This document shows positions 31,254-39,976 of a DNA stretch of 64,000 bases, one piece after another (the stretch's first letter is position 1; every line of letters begins with the position of its first letter). A program made the translations under genes and the position numbers. Source of the stretch: Clostridia bacterium. Lineage in GTDB: Bacteria; Bacillota; Clostridia; UBA1212; DUPL01. The notes below the pieces were generated by a model that had not been told where the DNA came from, made no database searches, and saw nothing but the letters and a program-made list of their open reading frames with translations. The stretch lies in contig JBMNIW010000005.1 of assembly GCA_050951325.1 (NCBI GenBank), forward strand, positions 192,001-256,000, read 5' to 3'.

Positions 31254-32204
31254 ATGGCTGACATAAAATACCGCTGGTTTAATCTCGATATCTGTATTGC
31301 AAAAAGCGACAGCTATGAAGATGTCGTAAAGGACAAGGAGTATTTAATCGAAAACGAAATAGGATTGGTAGTGTCTGTATTTAACCACAAGTTCAGTATG
31401 ATTCAAAAATGTGATGCTGACGTATTACTAAGACACTATATGTTTTGTGTAGAAAATTGGCCTCAGTTAAGTGATTGGGAGTTGAAAATGCTTCTGTCAC
31501 TGGTTCTATACGAAACCGATTATGGAAGAAAGGTTGCTTTCTGGTTTGGTGACGATGAAGCAGAAGACGCATTTTTTAAAGCAGCTGGCAGACCTCATGA
31601 GTATGCTTACGTAACCCCTCCGGATTATATTAATGTTTGCGGTGCTTGCAAGCAGGGTAAATGCATAACCGAATATGTATGCTACACGGCAGGTTTGGAA
31701 GAAGCAAAACAGATATTTGAAAATGTTAGTATTAAGTCTCTTGCAAGAGCAAAAAACATGAGTCCTGAAGTCCTGGTAAAAGACCCCGTAAACTATCAAG
31801 GCGATCCACCAGATTATTTTCAATACGTTCCGTTTACCTGGGGCAACTGCTTTTTTGGTGACAGGACAGTGCTGGAAAAAATCCTTGGCAGAGTTATATA
31901 TGAGGAAGATTTAAGAAACTTCTTTAGTCCTACTGTAAAATTCTACTTTAGGTATGATGATATAGCTGAATTGAATGATGCGGTATTGGATGGATATCAC
32001 CCAGTCAAGGTGAGTGGCAGCGTGAGTCTTTCAAATCTGCTGGTGGCTTGCGTGATACCCCAGGAGCATAAAGACGGTTTAAGGGGATATCTGTCTCGTG
32101 ATATAAAAGATCGTCTTGTTTATGCAGACAGAAGCACATGTTCAACAATATGGGATTGGGCGGAAACTGCGTATATCGCATTTGTAGAGTTTTTGGATAA
32201 ATAA
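31254..32204 (+). CDS. hypothetical protein, possible ADP-ribosyltransferase-like fold
   Basis: CGACKQGKC, GDPPDYFQYVPFTWGNC, DGYHPVKV; the fold call is inference. Confidence 0.6.
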   Translation: MADIKYRWFNLDICIAKSDSYEDVVKDKEYLIENEIGLVVSVFNHKFSMIQKCDADVLLRHYMFCVENWPQLSDWELKMLLSLVLYETDYGRKVAFWFGDDEAEDAFFKAAGRPHEYAYVTPPDYINVCGACKQGKCITEYVCYTAGLEEAKQIFENVSIKSLARAKNMSPEVLVKDPVNYQGDPPDYFQYVPFTWGNCFFGDRTVLEKILGRVIYEEDLRNFFSPTVKFYFRYDDIAELNDAVLDGYHPVKVSGSVSLSNLLVACVIPQEHKDGLRGYLSRDIKDRLVYADRSTCSTIWDWAETAYIAFVEFLDK

Positions 32205-32301
32205 ATTTATATTTATTTCCTCTTTTTGTTTGTTTTGCTGTATGGAACAGGTGAATTTTGGCAAAGATAATAGCAAAAAAGAATAAAGAGAGGGATTTAG
32301 G

Positions 32302-33111
32302 ATGAACTGTAAGAATTGTGGTGCATTTATCAAGGAAACAGACAATTTCTGTGAAACATGCGAAAGACCTATAAGCAGGATTATTCCAATGAAGGAAAAG
32401 ACAAGAAGCAGCAAAAATATAACAATTTTGCTGATTTTATTGATTATTACTTTTGTTTCCATTGGAATCCTGCTTAATATTTCGAGAATATTTGGAGCAA
32501 CAGATCTGGGTATTGAGGCAAATCGCAAGCACTATGATAGTGCAATGACGAAGTTTACCTCGTCTTTAAAAAAGCACAATGGATATACGGATATTGTATT
32601 GACCAACGAAGAGCTTACTTCACTTGTCAAATACAACTGGCCTGAAACTGATGTTGTAAAAGACATGCAGGTAAAAATCAACAAGAACTCATCAATTGAA
32701 GCTGCAGGATTAATAAACAAAGATTACATTGCGCAATACTTGCTGACAGAAGACAACAGGAATTCAATTGATAAATTTTTTCCGATGTTTGATGCAATGC
32801 CAAAGTATACGGATGTGTATGCGAAATTCAGGTGCGAAATAAAAAACAACAGAGTAAACTATATTGCCATAGACAGGGTTGAAATAATGGGCATTGAAGT
32901 GCCTCAGAATCTGTACAAGAATACAAATACTTTGTATATGTTGGCAGATGGCATCAATCAATTTATTGAAAATGTTACTGAAAAGACAGGTGCCAGCTTT
33001 GACCTGGTAAAGGCCCAGTCAGGGAAGTTGATTGTAAAAGGCCTGCTTCCTGAAGTTGTGTACAAGGAAGATTTGGAAATGGCGATTGAGACTTTCTCGT
33101 TAAAGGGGTAA
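32302..33111 (+). CDS. zinc-ribbon single-pass membrane protein
   Basis: N-terminal CKNCG...FCETC, one TM helix, extracellular domain. Confidence 0.75.
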   Translation: MNCKNCGAFIKETDNFCETCERPISRIIPMKEKTRSSKNITILLILLIITFVSIGILLNISRIFGATDLGIEANRKHYDSAMTKFTSSLKKHNGYTDIVLTNEELTSLVKYNWPETDVVKDMQVKINKNSSIEAAGLINKDYIAQYLLTEDNRNSIDKFFPMFDAMPKYTDVYAKFRCEIKNNRVNYIAIDRVEIMGIEVPQNLYKNTNTLYMLADGINQFIENVTEKTGASFDLVKAQSGKLIVKGLLPEVVYKEDLEMAIETFSLKG

Positions 33112-33114
33112 TAA

Positions 33115-33151
33115 GAAAACCTTTGGTGAATGAAAACACCAAAGGTTTTTT
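33115..33151. terminator. bidirectional intrinsic terminator
   Basis: AAAACCTTTGGTG / CACCAAAGGTTTT. Confidence 0.85.
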
Positions 33152-33155
33152 CTAT

Positions 33156-34202
33156 CTACTGAATTATGGAAAAGGCATAACTTGTAATGCTGTCGTATTT
33201 TTCATTCTTTCCGAGTATGGGTTGCAACCATTCCGGATTGTTGATGCTGTTGGGAAAGTATTGCGTTTCAAGACAGAAGCCTTCCTGACGTTTGTATACA
33301 TATGATTCCTTCCCATAAAAATCAATATCAATGAAGTTTCCTGTATAAAGCTGTAATCCGGGCATGTCGGTAAAACAATCCATCTTGATACCTGTTTCTT
33401 CGCAATAGCATGAAGCTGCATAATTGCCCTGGTTTTTATCTAAAACAAAATTGTGGTCATATCCCTTTGCAAGAAGTATTTGAGGATCATAGGAATCAAG
33501 ACCTTCACATATTCTTCTGTAGTTTCTAAAGTCAAATACGGTGCCTTCAACCTTTGCAATATTTCCCAAAGGAATAAGCTCATTGTCTGTTGGAAGATAA
33601 CCATCGGCATTGATTTTAAGGAGTGTATTTCCGATATGACCGCTGTTGTGGCCTCCCAGGTTGAAATATGCGTGGTTGGTAAGATTAAGTATTGTATCCG
33701 CATCTGACCAAGCCTCGTAATGGATTGTAAGGGAGTTCATGTCGTCAAATATATATTTTACGGATACATTTAAGTTTCCCGGATAGTTTTCATCCATATG
33801 TTTGCTGAGAAGACCAAGTCTAATCCCGTTTTCTTGTTCAAGTATTTCAACCTCCCATATTCTTTTATCAAACCCATTGTACCCTCCGTGCAGATGATTA
33901 TTGCCGTCATTTTTGGCAAGTTGATATGTTTCGTTGTTTAATGTAAAGGTTGCATTTTTTATTCTATTGGCGTATCTGCCAACTATTGCACCGAAATAAC
34001 CGCGTTCGGCTTTAATATAATTGTTTATGTTTTCGAACCCTATAATTACATCCACCAGCATGCCGTTCTTGTCTGGAATGCATATGGATTTGATAATGCC
34101 TCCATAGTTTAGTATTTCAACATACGCACCTGTTTTATTTGATATTCTGTACAAGTTTATATCTTCATCGTTTAATGTATCAAATTTTTGTACTTCGACC
34201 AT
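33156..34202 (-). CDS. galM: aldose 1-epimerase (galactose mutarotase)
   Basis: GAIVGRYANRI, HLHGG, NLTNHAYFNL, GYDHNF, QLYTGN, FCLETQ. Confidence 0.95.
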   Translation of the reverse strand: MVEVQKFDTLNDEDINLYRISNKTGAYVEILNYGGIIKSICIPDKNGMLVDVIIGFENINNYIKAERGYFGAIVGRYANRIKNATFTLNNETYQLAKNDGNNHLHGGYNGFDKRIWEVEILEQENGIRLGLLSKHMDENYPGNLNVSVKYIFDDMNSLTIHYEAWSDADTILNLTNHAYFNLGGHNSGHIGNTLLKINADGYLPTDNELIPLGNIAKVEGTVFDFRNYRRICEGLDSYDPQILLAKGYDHNFVLDKNQGNYAASCYCEETGIKMDCFTDMPGLQLYTGNFIDIDFYGKESYVYKRQEGFCLETQYFPNSINNPEWLQPILGKNEKYDSITSYAFSIIQ

Positions 34203-34250
34203 ATAAAGAAACGCTCCTTAAAATTTTTTTCTTATGCATTCTAAATTATA

Positions 34251-34279
34251 TTGACAAAAAATGCAACTATCATTACAAT
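34251..34279 (+). promoter_or_regulatory. sigma-A promoter of the THF riboswitch/folT transcript
   Basis: TTGACA-17 nt-TACAAT about 10 nt before the riboswitch. Confidence 0.8.
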
Positions 34280-34289
34280 AACGTAAAAA

Positions 34290-34386
34290 GCAGAGCAGGT
34301 ATCGTGCGTTAAGTACTAGGGGATGGGAGTAGAGCCCCTAGGCGAAAAACCTAAAGAGGTTTGCGATGCGATACTCCATCCGCTGT
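34290..34386 (+). ncRNA. tetrahydrofolate (THF) riboswitch
   Basis: GCAGAG..GG...TGCGTTAAGT...GGATGGGAGT...CGAAA...TTGCG...CATCCGCTG matches the THF aptamer pattern; lies upstream of a folate S-component. Confidence 0.88.
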
Positions 34387-34458
34387 AGTTATATGGTAAC
34401 ATCTAATTACAACGAACTGCTCTCTTATACATATTTTAATTTAAGGGAGTTGTTTTTT

Positions 34459-35355
34459 TTGGAGAAGAATTTGAGGAAAATAATCATATCTGCCATGTTT
34501 CTATCACTGGCAGTAATATCAGCAACATTCATAGCAATAGACATACCACTGTTTGGCATTAAAGGTCTGGAATTAAATCCATCAGTCATATTCTATACTT
34601 TTCCGGCTTTGTTGTTTGGTCCTCTTTATGGAGGTATTGTGGCAGGCATGACCGATGCCCTGAGTTTTTTCCTGAAACCCCAAGGCTCATTTATACCTTG
34701 GATTAGTGTTGTTGTGTTTCTTGGAGGAGTTCTAAAAGGTTTCATATGGAAGGGTCTCAAGAAGTTTAACGACAAGAAAGTGCGTATTGTTGCACTTGTA
34801 ATAGTACTTGTGATTTTGGCTTCCGGATTGGCAAACCGAATTATGCTATTAAATGACGGAGTGTATAAAGGATATATTGCCAGTGAGAGAAATGTTGTTA
34901 GCAAGGATACTGTCGATAATTTGATTGAAGAAGGAAAGGCGAGCTATGCAACGAAAGCAGCAGCCAAATTGTCCATTTATGCAAAAGAAGGCGCATATAA
35001 ATCTGATTTTTCAAAAAGCATAAACTATCTTACGATTGGTTTTGAGGTTGCTTCACTGCTTGGTCTTATTCTCTTGTTTATTGACTTCTTGATTAGCAGA
35101 TTTGACGCAAAGAAGGGAAGGGAGAGAAAAGCAAGCTACATTAAAGTGCTTATTGCCGTTCTTATCCCTGGATTGTTTGTTACAACTTTGAATACGCAGG
35201 TACTTATTTGGTTTATCTCCATATTCAATACCAGATCCTTCATGATAATGTGGTTGCTTAGAATCATACCTTCTTTCCTAAGTCATACCATTCAAGCATA
35301 CTATGTTGCTATATTGTATGATGTATACGTAAAATATTCCAAGGGAAAAATATGA
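34459..35355 (+). CDS. folT: ECF transporter folate-specific S component (enlarged)
   Basis: SAMFLSLAVI, LFGPLYGGIVAGMTD, FIPW, LNT..L motifs; downstream of a THF riboswitch; TTG start after GGGAG. Confidence 0.8.
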   Translation: MEKNLRKIIISAMFLSLAVISATFIAIDIPLFGIKGLELNPSVIFYTFPALLFGPLYGGIVAGMTDALSFFLKPQGSFIPWISVVVFLGGVLKGFIWKGLKKFNDKKVRIVALVIVLVILASGLANRIMLLNDGVYKGYIASERNVVSKDTVDNLIEEGKASYATKAAAKLSIYAKEGAYKSDFSKSINYLTIGFEVASLLGLILLFIDFLISRFDAKKGRERKASYIKVLIAVLIPGLFVTTLNTQVLIWFISIFNTRSFMIMWLLRIIPSFLSHTIQAYYVAILYDVYVKYSKGKI

Positions 35356-35419
35356 TTATCCATTGATATTTAACCATGTAAATGATATCATATAATTTGT
35401 ACTTCACAAGGGAAGGCAT

Positions 35420-35842
35420 GTGATATCGATGGATGGTATTGGAAGCAAGGATGTTGCGGTTGCTGCATTAAAAATTGCAATATCCAAGGACAGGGAAGAA
35501 GAACGCAATCTAAAAGCTTTCTACCAACAGTCAGGTGTAATGACCGCTGGTGTTGATTTTGGTGGTGAGTTTATTACATCCATAACCAAGATTATTGAAA
35601 GAGCAGTCGTTGCGGCAAAAAGGGAAAGCATAATTATTGATACCCATACGGAAGAAGGAGCTGTTGCTGGTGCCACAAGAGAAGCAATATCCCAGCTTAT
35701 GGCCAAAGCTATAGGTCTGAATGTGGGAGGTAAGATAGGGATTGCAAGATTTGGAGACCATATAAGTGTGGCGGTCTTTTTTGGCATAGGTCTTTTGCAC
35801 CTGAATGAAATTGCGGTAGGTTTGGGACATAGAGTAATTTGA
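35420..35842 (+). CDS. HutP family protein
   Basis: IIERAVVAAKRE, HTEEGAVAGATREA, GGKIGIAR, AVGLGH. Confidence 0.85.
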   Translation: MISMDGIGSKDVAVAALKIAISKDREEERNLKAFYQQSGVMTAGVDFGGEFITSITKIIERAVVAAKRESIIIDTHTEEGAVAGATREAISQLMAKAIGLNVGGKIGIARFGDHISVAVFFGIGLLHLNEIAVGLGHRVI

Positions 35843-36543
35843 CAGATGAGGTGTTGTATAGATTGATTAGTATAGCAATAGATGGTCCGTCGGGTGCAGG
35901 AAAAAGCACAATGGCTAAAACCATTGCAAAGGAATACGGTTTTATCTATCTTGATACCGGTGCAATGTACAGGGCGTTTGCTCTGCATGTGCTGAATAAC
36001 AACTATTCCATAGACGAGATAAACAATGATAATGTCAAAGAATTGTTTGACAGCTTTTCATTGGATATACAGTATGTTGATGATACCCAGCAGATGATTT
36101 TGAATAATGAGAATGTTAATGATAGAATCAGAACACCCGAGGTATCCCTTGCAGCTTCCAGGATAGCAACATTGCCTGCGGTAAGAATTTATTTTGTTGA
36201 GATGCAGAGAGAGTTTGCAAAGAATAAGGATGTTGTCATGGATGGCAGGGACATTGGTTCCTATGTGTTGAAAGATGCCGATGTGAAAATCTTTTTGACT
36301 GCTACTGTAGAAGACAGGGCACGAAGAAGATTTGAAGAGCTTCGAGAAAAGGGCAATACTGAAGTTACTTATGAGGAAGTTCTTGATGATATGAAACTCA
36401 GGGATAAAATTGACAGTAGTAGGGAAATAGCTCCTTTGACAAAGGCTGAAGATGCTGTTGAGATAAATACTACGGGTTTGGAAATAGAGCAAAGTCTGGA
36501 ATTAATACGTAAAGTAATCAAGGAGAAATTATGTGGTTTTTAA
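35839..36543 (+). CDS. cmk: cytidylate kinase
   Basis: IAIDGPSGAGKST, LDTGAMYR, VMDGRDIG. Confidence 0.96.
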   Translation: MTDEVLYRLISIAIDGPSGAGKSTMAKTIAKEYGFIYLDTGAMYRAFALHVLNNNYSIDEINNDNVKELFDSFSLDIQYVDDTQQMILNNENVNDRIRTPEVSLAASRIATLPAVRIYFVEMQREFAKNKDVVMDGRDIGSYVLKDADVKIFLTATVEDRARRRFEELREKGNTEVTYEEVLDDMKLRDKIDSSREIAPLTKAEDAVEINTTGLEIEQSLELIRKVIKEKLCGF

Positions 36544-37124
36544 GATTTCTGGCGAACATCATTTTCAGAGTGTTTATTAGGGTTAAAGTATATGGAGAAG
36601 AAAATATGCCTGAAAGTGGTCCTGTAATACTGGCGTCCAATCATGTTACGATGCTTGATATGTTTATGATTGGATGGAAGATAAAAAGAAAGGTTCACTG
36701 GATGGCAAAAGCGGAGCTGTTCAAGAACAAGCTTCTGGCAAAGATCATAACATCACTTGGTGCATATCCTGTAAAAAGAGGTATTCGCGACCAGTCTGCT
36801 GTAAAAAAGACATTGGAGTTGCTTGAAGAAGATAAAGTTATTGGTATTTTCCCACAAGGTACCCGCTCGAAAGAAAAAAATCTCAAAGCCAAATATGGCG
36901 TTGCAAGGTTTGCTTTGGAATCACAGGCTTGTGTATTGCCAGTTGCCATTTGGGGTAATATAAAGTTGTTTGGTAAGGCTTATGTGAGATTTGGAGAGCC
37001 ATATAAAATAGAGAAAACCAAAGACAGCTATGCAAAAGATGAGTATATGCAAATTGCTAGTGATATTTTGACTAATATTTATGATTTGATGAGTGTTCCA
37101 TCAAATGAATCAAAGAAACAATAG
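36531..37124 (+). CDS. plsC: 1-acyl-sn-glycerol-3-phosphate acyltransferase
   Basis: SNHVTMLD (HxxxxD), MAKAELF, IFPQGTRS. Confidence 0.92.
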   Translation: MWFLRFLANIIFRVFIRVKVYGEENMPESGPVILASNHVTMLDMFMIGWKIKRKVHWMAKAELFKNKLLAKIITSLGAYPVKRGIRDQSAVKKTLELLEEDKVIGIFPQGTRSKEKNLKAKYGVARFALESQACVLPVAIWGNIKLFGKAYVRFGEPYKIEKTKDSYAKDEYMQIASDILTNIYDLMSVPSNESKKQ

Positions 37125-37134
37125 GATGGTGTAA

Positions 37135-39513
37135 ATGGAGATAATAAAGGCAAAAACAGCAGGTTTTTGTTTTGGTGTTGCAAATGCGGTAAAAAAAGCA
37201 TATGCAGCTGCTGAAAGTGAAAAAGAAAAGAGAATCTATTCTTATGGATCTCTTATACATAACGAAAAGGTAATAGAACAACTGAGTGAACTTGGAGTCA
37301 GGACGATTAATTCATTTGAAGAAGTGGATCTGAAAGATGCAATTGTAATAATACGCGCTCATGGCGTAGGTCCACTTGTTTATGAAAAGTTGGAGCAGCT
37401 TAATTGCACTGTTATAGATGCAACATGCCCTTATGTGAAGAAAATTCACAATCTGGTCAGAAAGAAATCCGGATTAGGTGACAGAATAATAATAATCGGA
37501 GACAGAACTCATCCTGAGGTTATCGGAATTAACGGATGGTGTGACAATTCTGCGATAATTATAGAAAAACTGGAAGACGTGGATTTGATTGAAAACAAGG
37601 ATAAAACGTACTCTGTAGTGTGTCAAACTACGTTTAATATAAACTTATTTGAAAAAATCTGCGAAAAATTAAAAAAAAGCTTTGACAAGTTGAATATTTT
37701 TGATACAATATGCAATGCAACATCTTTAAGGCAAAAGGAAGCAATGGAAATTGCTTCAAAAGTAGACCTTATGGTTGTGGTAGGAGGACGCAACAGTTCA
37801 AATACCCGAAAACTTTATGAATTATGTACTGATTTATGTGATAATGTAATTCATATCGAGTCTGCTGAAGAGATGGATGTTAAAAGTTTAAAAAAAATAA
37901 ACAAAGTTGGTGTGACAGCCGGTGCTTCAACTCCGGACTGGATCATCGGGGAGGTTATTGGTGTAATGTGCGATGATGTTAAGTCAATCGAAAATGAAGT
38001 GAATGGTGAAGTAGAAAATGAGATTACAACTACTGAAACCAACGCGGAAGAAGTAATCAACGAAACTGCAGAAGTCAATGAGACAGCTACCGAGGTTGCG
38101 GAAGACGAAGAAACAAGCGTTGCTGAAGAAGTCGCAGAAGAAGCTGTAGACGAAGTTGCAGATGAAGCTGCTGATGAGGCTGAAGAGGAGGAAAATCAAG
38201 ATAATACTTTTGCTTCAATGCTTGAAGAAACGTTGACAACTATCGCTAGTGGTCAGATAGTAAAAGGTCCTATCAACAAAATTGATGTAAAAGGCGTCTA
38301 TATTGACCTTGGTTTTAAGTACGAAGGTTTTATATCCATAGACGAATTTACTGAAATTCCAGGATTTGAACTTGAAGACCTTAATATTGGCGATGAAGTT
38401 GAAGCCATGGTAGTGAAGGTCAGCGACAAGGATGGAGAAGCTATTCTTTCAAAGAGAAGAGTTGATTATAAAAAGAATTTACAACTCCTTGAAGATTCAT
38501 TCGAGAACAAAACCCCTGTCACTGTAAGATTTACAGAAGTAGTAAAAGGTGGATTAATAGCTCATCTAGGCACAATTAGGATTTTTGTTCCTAGTTCACA
38601 AGTCAGCGACAAGTTTGTAAAAGATTTATCTACATACGTAGGTACATCTGCAGATATAATCATTATTAACTTCGAAAAAGGCCCAAGAGGCAAAATGAGA
38701 ATTGTCGGCTCTAGAAGAGTTCTCGTAGAAGCTGAGAAGAAAGAGAAGGAAGAAGCTTTCTGGAGCAAAATCGAAGAAGGCGGCGTATACAAAGGAATCG
38801 TAAAGTCCTTTACTCCATTTGGAGCATTCGTTGATTTGGGTGGTTATGATGGTCTTGTTCATATATCCGAGCTTTCTTGGAAGAAAATAAGACATCCGAA
38901 GGAAGTATTGAAGATTGGACAGGAAGTTGATGTTAAAGTTCTTGAACTCGATAGAGAAAACAAGAAGATTTCATTAGGCTACAGAAAGCCAGAAGACAAT
39001 CCTTGGTATGACGCAGAGAATCTTTATCAAGTTGGCGACATAATTGAAGTTACTGTAGTTAGATTTGTCAAGTTTGGCGTATTTGTTAATATTGCCGATG
39101 GCATCGACGGTCTTGTACACATTTCTCAAATCTCAAATAAGAGAATTGAAAAGGCTGAAGACTGTCTGAAACTTGGACAGAAGGTTATGGCTAAAATTAT
39201 TGATACCAATATCGAAGAGAAGAGAATCAATCTTAGTATAAGAGACGTGATGCCATACGATCCTGAGCCAAAGCCAGGCGAAGAAGAAGCATTTGAGCAA
39301 AGGCCTACACAGAGAAGAGGTCGTAAGAAGTCAAGAAAAGCTGCCAATAATACAGCGCACACTTCAGATACAACCTTAGATTCAGGAGATAGCAGACTTG
39401 TTTCTTCCGATGAGCAATCTGGTACAACAACCATAGGAGAATTGCTCGCTTCCAAAATGCAAGAGTTGACAGGAGTCCAAACAAGTGATATAATAGAGTC
39501 CGAAGAAAATTAA
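37135..39513 (+). CDS. ispH: bifunctional 4-hydroxy-3-methylbut-2-enyl diphosphate reductase / ribosomal protein S1
   Basis: GFCFGV, DATCPYV, DTICNAT, GASTPDW; acidic linker; four S1 repeats (FGAFVDLGG.DGLVHISE). Confidence 0.95.
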   Translation: MEIIKAKTAGFCFGVANAVKKAYAAAESEKEKRIYSYGSLIHNEKVIEQLSELGVRTINSFEEVDLKDAIVIIRAHGVGPLVYEKLEQLNCTVIDATCPYVKKIHNLVRKKSGLGDRIIIIGDRTHPEVIGINGWCDNSAIIIEKLEDVDLIENKDKTYSVVCQTTFNINLFEKICEKLKKSFDKLNIFDTICNATSLRQKEAMEIASKVDLMVVVGGRNSSNTRKLYELCTDLCDNVIHIESAEEMDVKSLKKINKVGVTAGASTPDWIIGEVIGVMCDDVKSIENEVNGEVENEITTTETNAEEVINETAEVNETATEVAEDEETSVAEEVAEEAVDEVADEAADEAEEEENQDNTFASMLEETLTTIASGQIVKGPINKIDVKGVYIDLGFKYEGFISIDEFTEIPGFELEDLNIGDEVEAMVVKVSDKDGEAILSKRRVDYKKNLQLLEDSFENKTPVTVRFTEVVKGGLIAHLGTIRIFVPSSQVSDKFVKDLSTYVGTSADIIIINFEKGPRGKMRIVGSRRVLVEAEKKEKEEAFWSKIEEGGVYKGIVKSFTPFGAFVDLGGYDGLVHISELSWKKIRHPKEVLKIGQEVDVKVLELDRENKKISLGYRKPEDNPWYDAENLYQVGDIIEVTVVRFVKFGVFVNIADGIDGLVHISQISNKRIEKAEDCLKLGQKVMAKIIDTNIEEKRINLSIRDVMPYDPEPKPGEEEAFEQRPTQRRGRKKSRKAANNTAHTSDTTLDSGDSRLVSSDEQSGTTTIGELLASKMQELTGVQTSDIIESEEN

Positions 39514-39523
39514 TAAAGTCCTC

Positions 39524-39548
39524 AAGCGTAAGGTAACACTTACGCTTT
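39524..39548 (+). terminator. hairpin between rpsA and tRNA-Leu (terminator or processing site)
   Basis: AAGCGTAAG / CTTACGCTT followed by T. Confidence 0.55.
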
Positions 39549-39553
39549 AATAT

Positions 39554-39640
39554 GCGGATATGGCGGAATTGGCAGACGCGCTAGATTCAGGTTCTAGTGA
39601 GGGATTCCTCGTACAGGTTCAAATCCTGCTATCCGCACCA
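39554..39640 (+). tRNA. tRNA-Leu(CAG)
   Basis: GCGGATATGGCGGAATTGGCAGACGCG, CTAGA-TTCAGGT-TCTAG, variable arm, GGTTCAAATCC, CCA. Confidence 0.97.
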
Positions 39641-39654
39641 AGAATATTTGTCGT

Positions 39655-39693
39655 AAGATGTCGATTGCTTTGCAGTTGACATCTTTGTTTTTT
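39655..39693 (+). terminator. intrinsic terminator after tRNA-Leu
   Basis: AAGATGTCGATTGC / GCAGTTGACATCTT followed by a T tract. Confidence 0.8.
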
Positions 39694-39976
39694 TGTTTAA
39701 TATTAATTTGACATACAAGTGACTTAAATCGGTAAAAATGGTAACAGGTGCATGAGATGATAATTGTTCAATGACAATTGAAAAGTGTACTGAATTGGGA
39801 ATTTTAAAAGATCATAAAAAACAGTTAAACAATGAAGGATGCTTCTTGATTATTGAAGACTAAATAAGATTTTAGTTAATTATTTCCTAATCTTTTGATT
39901 AAAACATAGTTAAAAGTGTTAAAATATGATATATTGATAAGCGTACGGAAATAATATATTAGATTTGGGAAATAAA

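Noticed and set aside
38080-38195. 12-nt periodic GAA/GCT-rich repeats
   Set aside because: Explained by the low-complexity acidic linker (EEVA/EEAV/DEVA/DEAA) of the S1 N-terminus.
35420-39513. HutP-like gene outside a hut operon and the ispH-rpsA fusion as novelties
   Set aside because: Both are common arrangements in Clostridia; only the internal expression signals were kept as a finding.
39771-39863. 30-codon ORF MTIEKCTELGILKD..., faintly like the tail of Rpn/PD-(D/E)XK transposase-like proteins
   Set aside because: Too short and lacking an RBS; similarity cannot be supported without a search.
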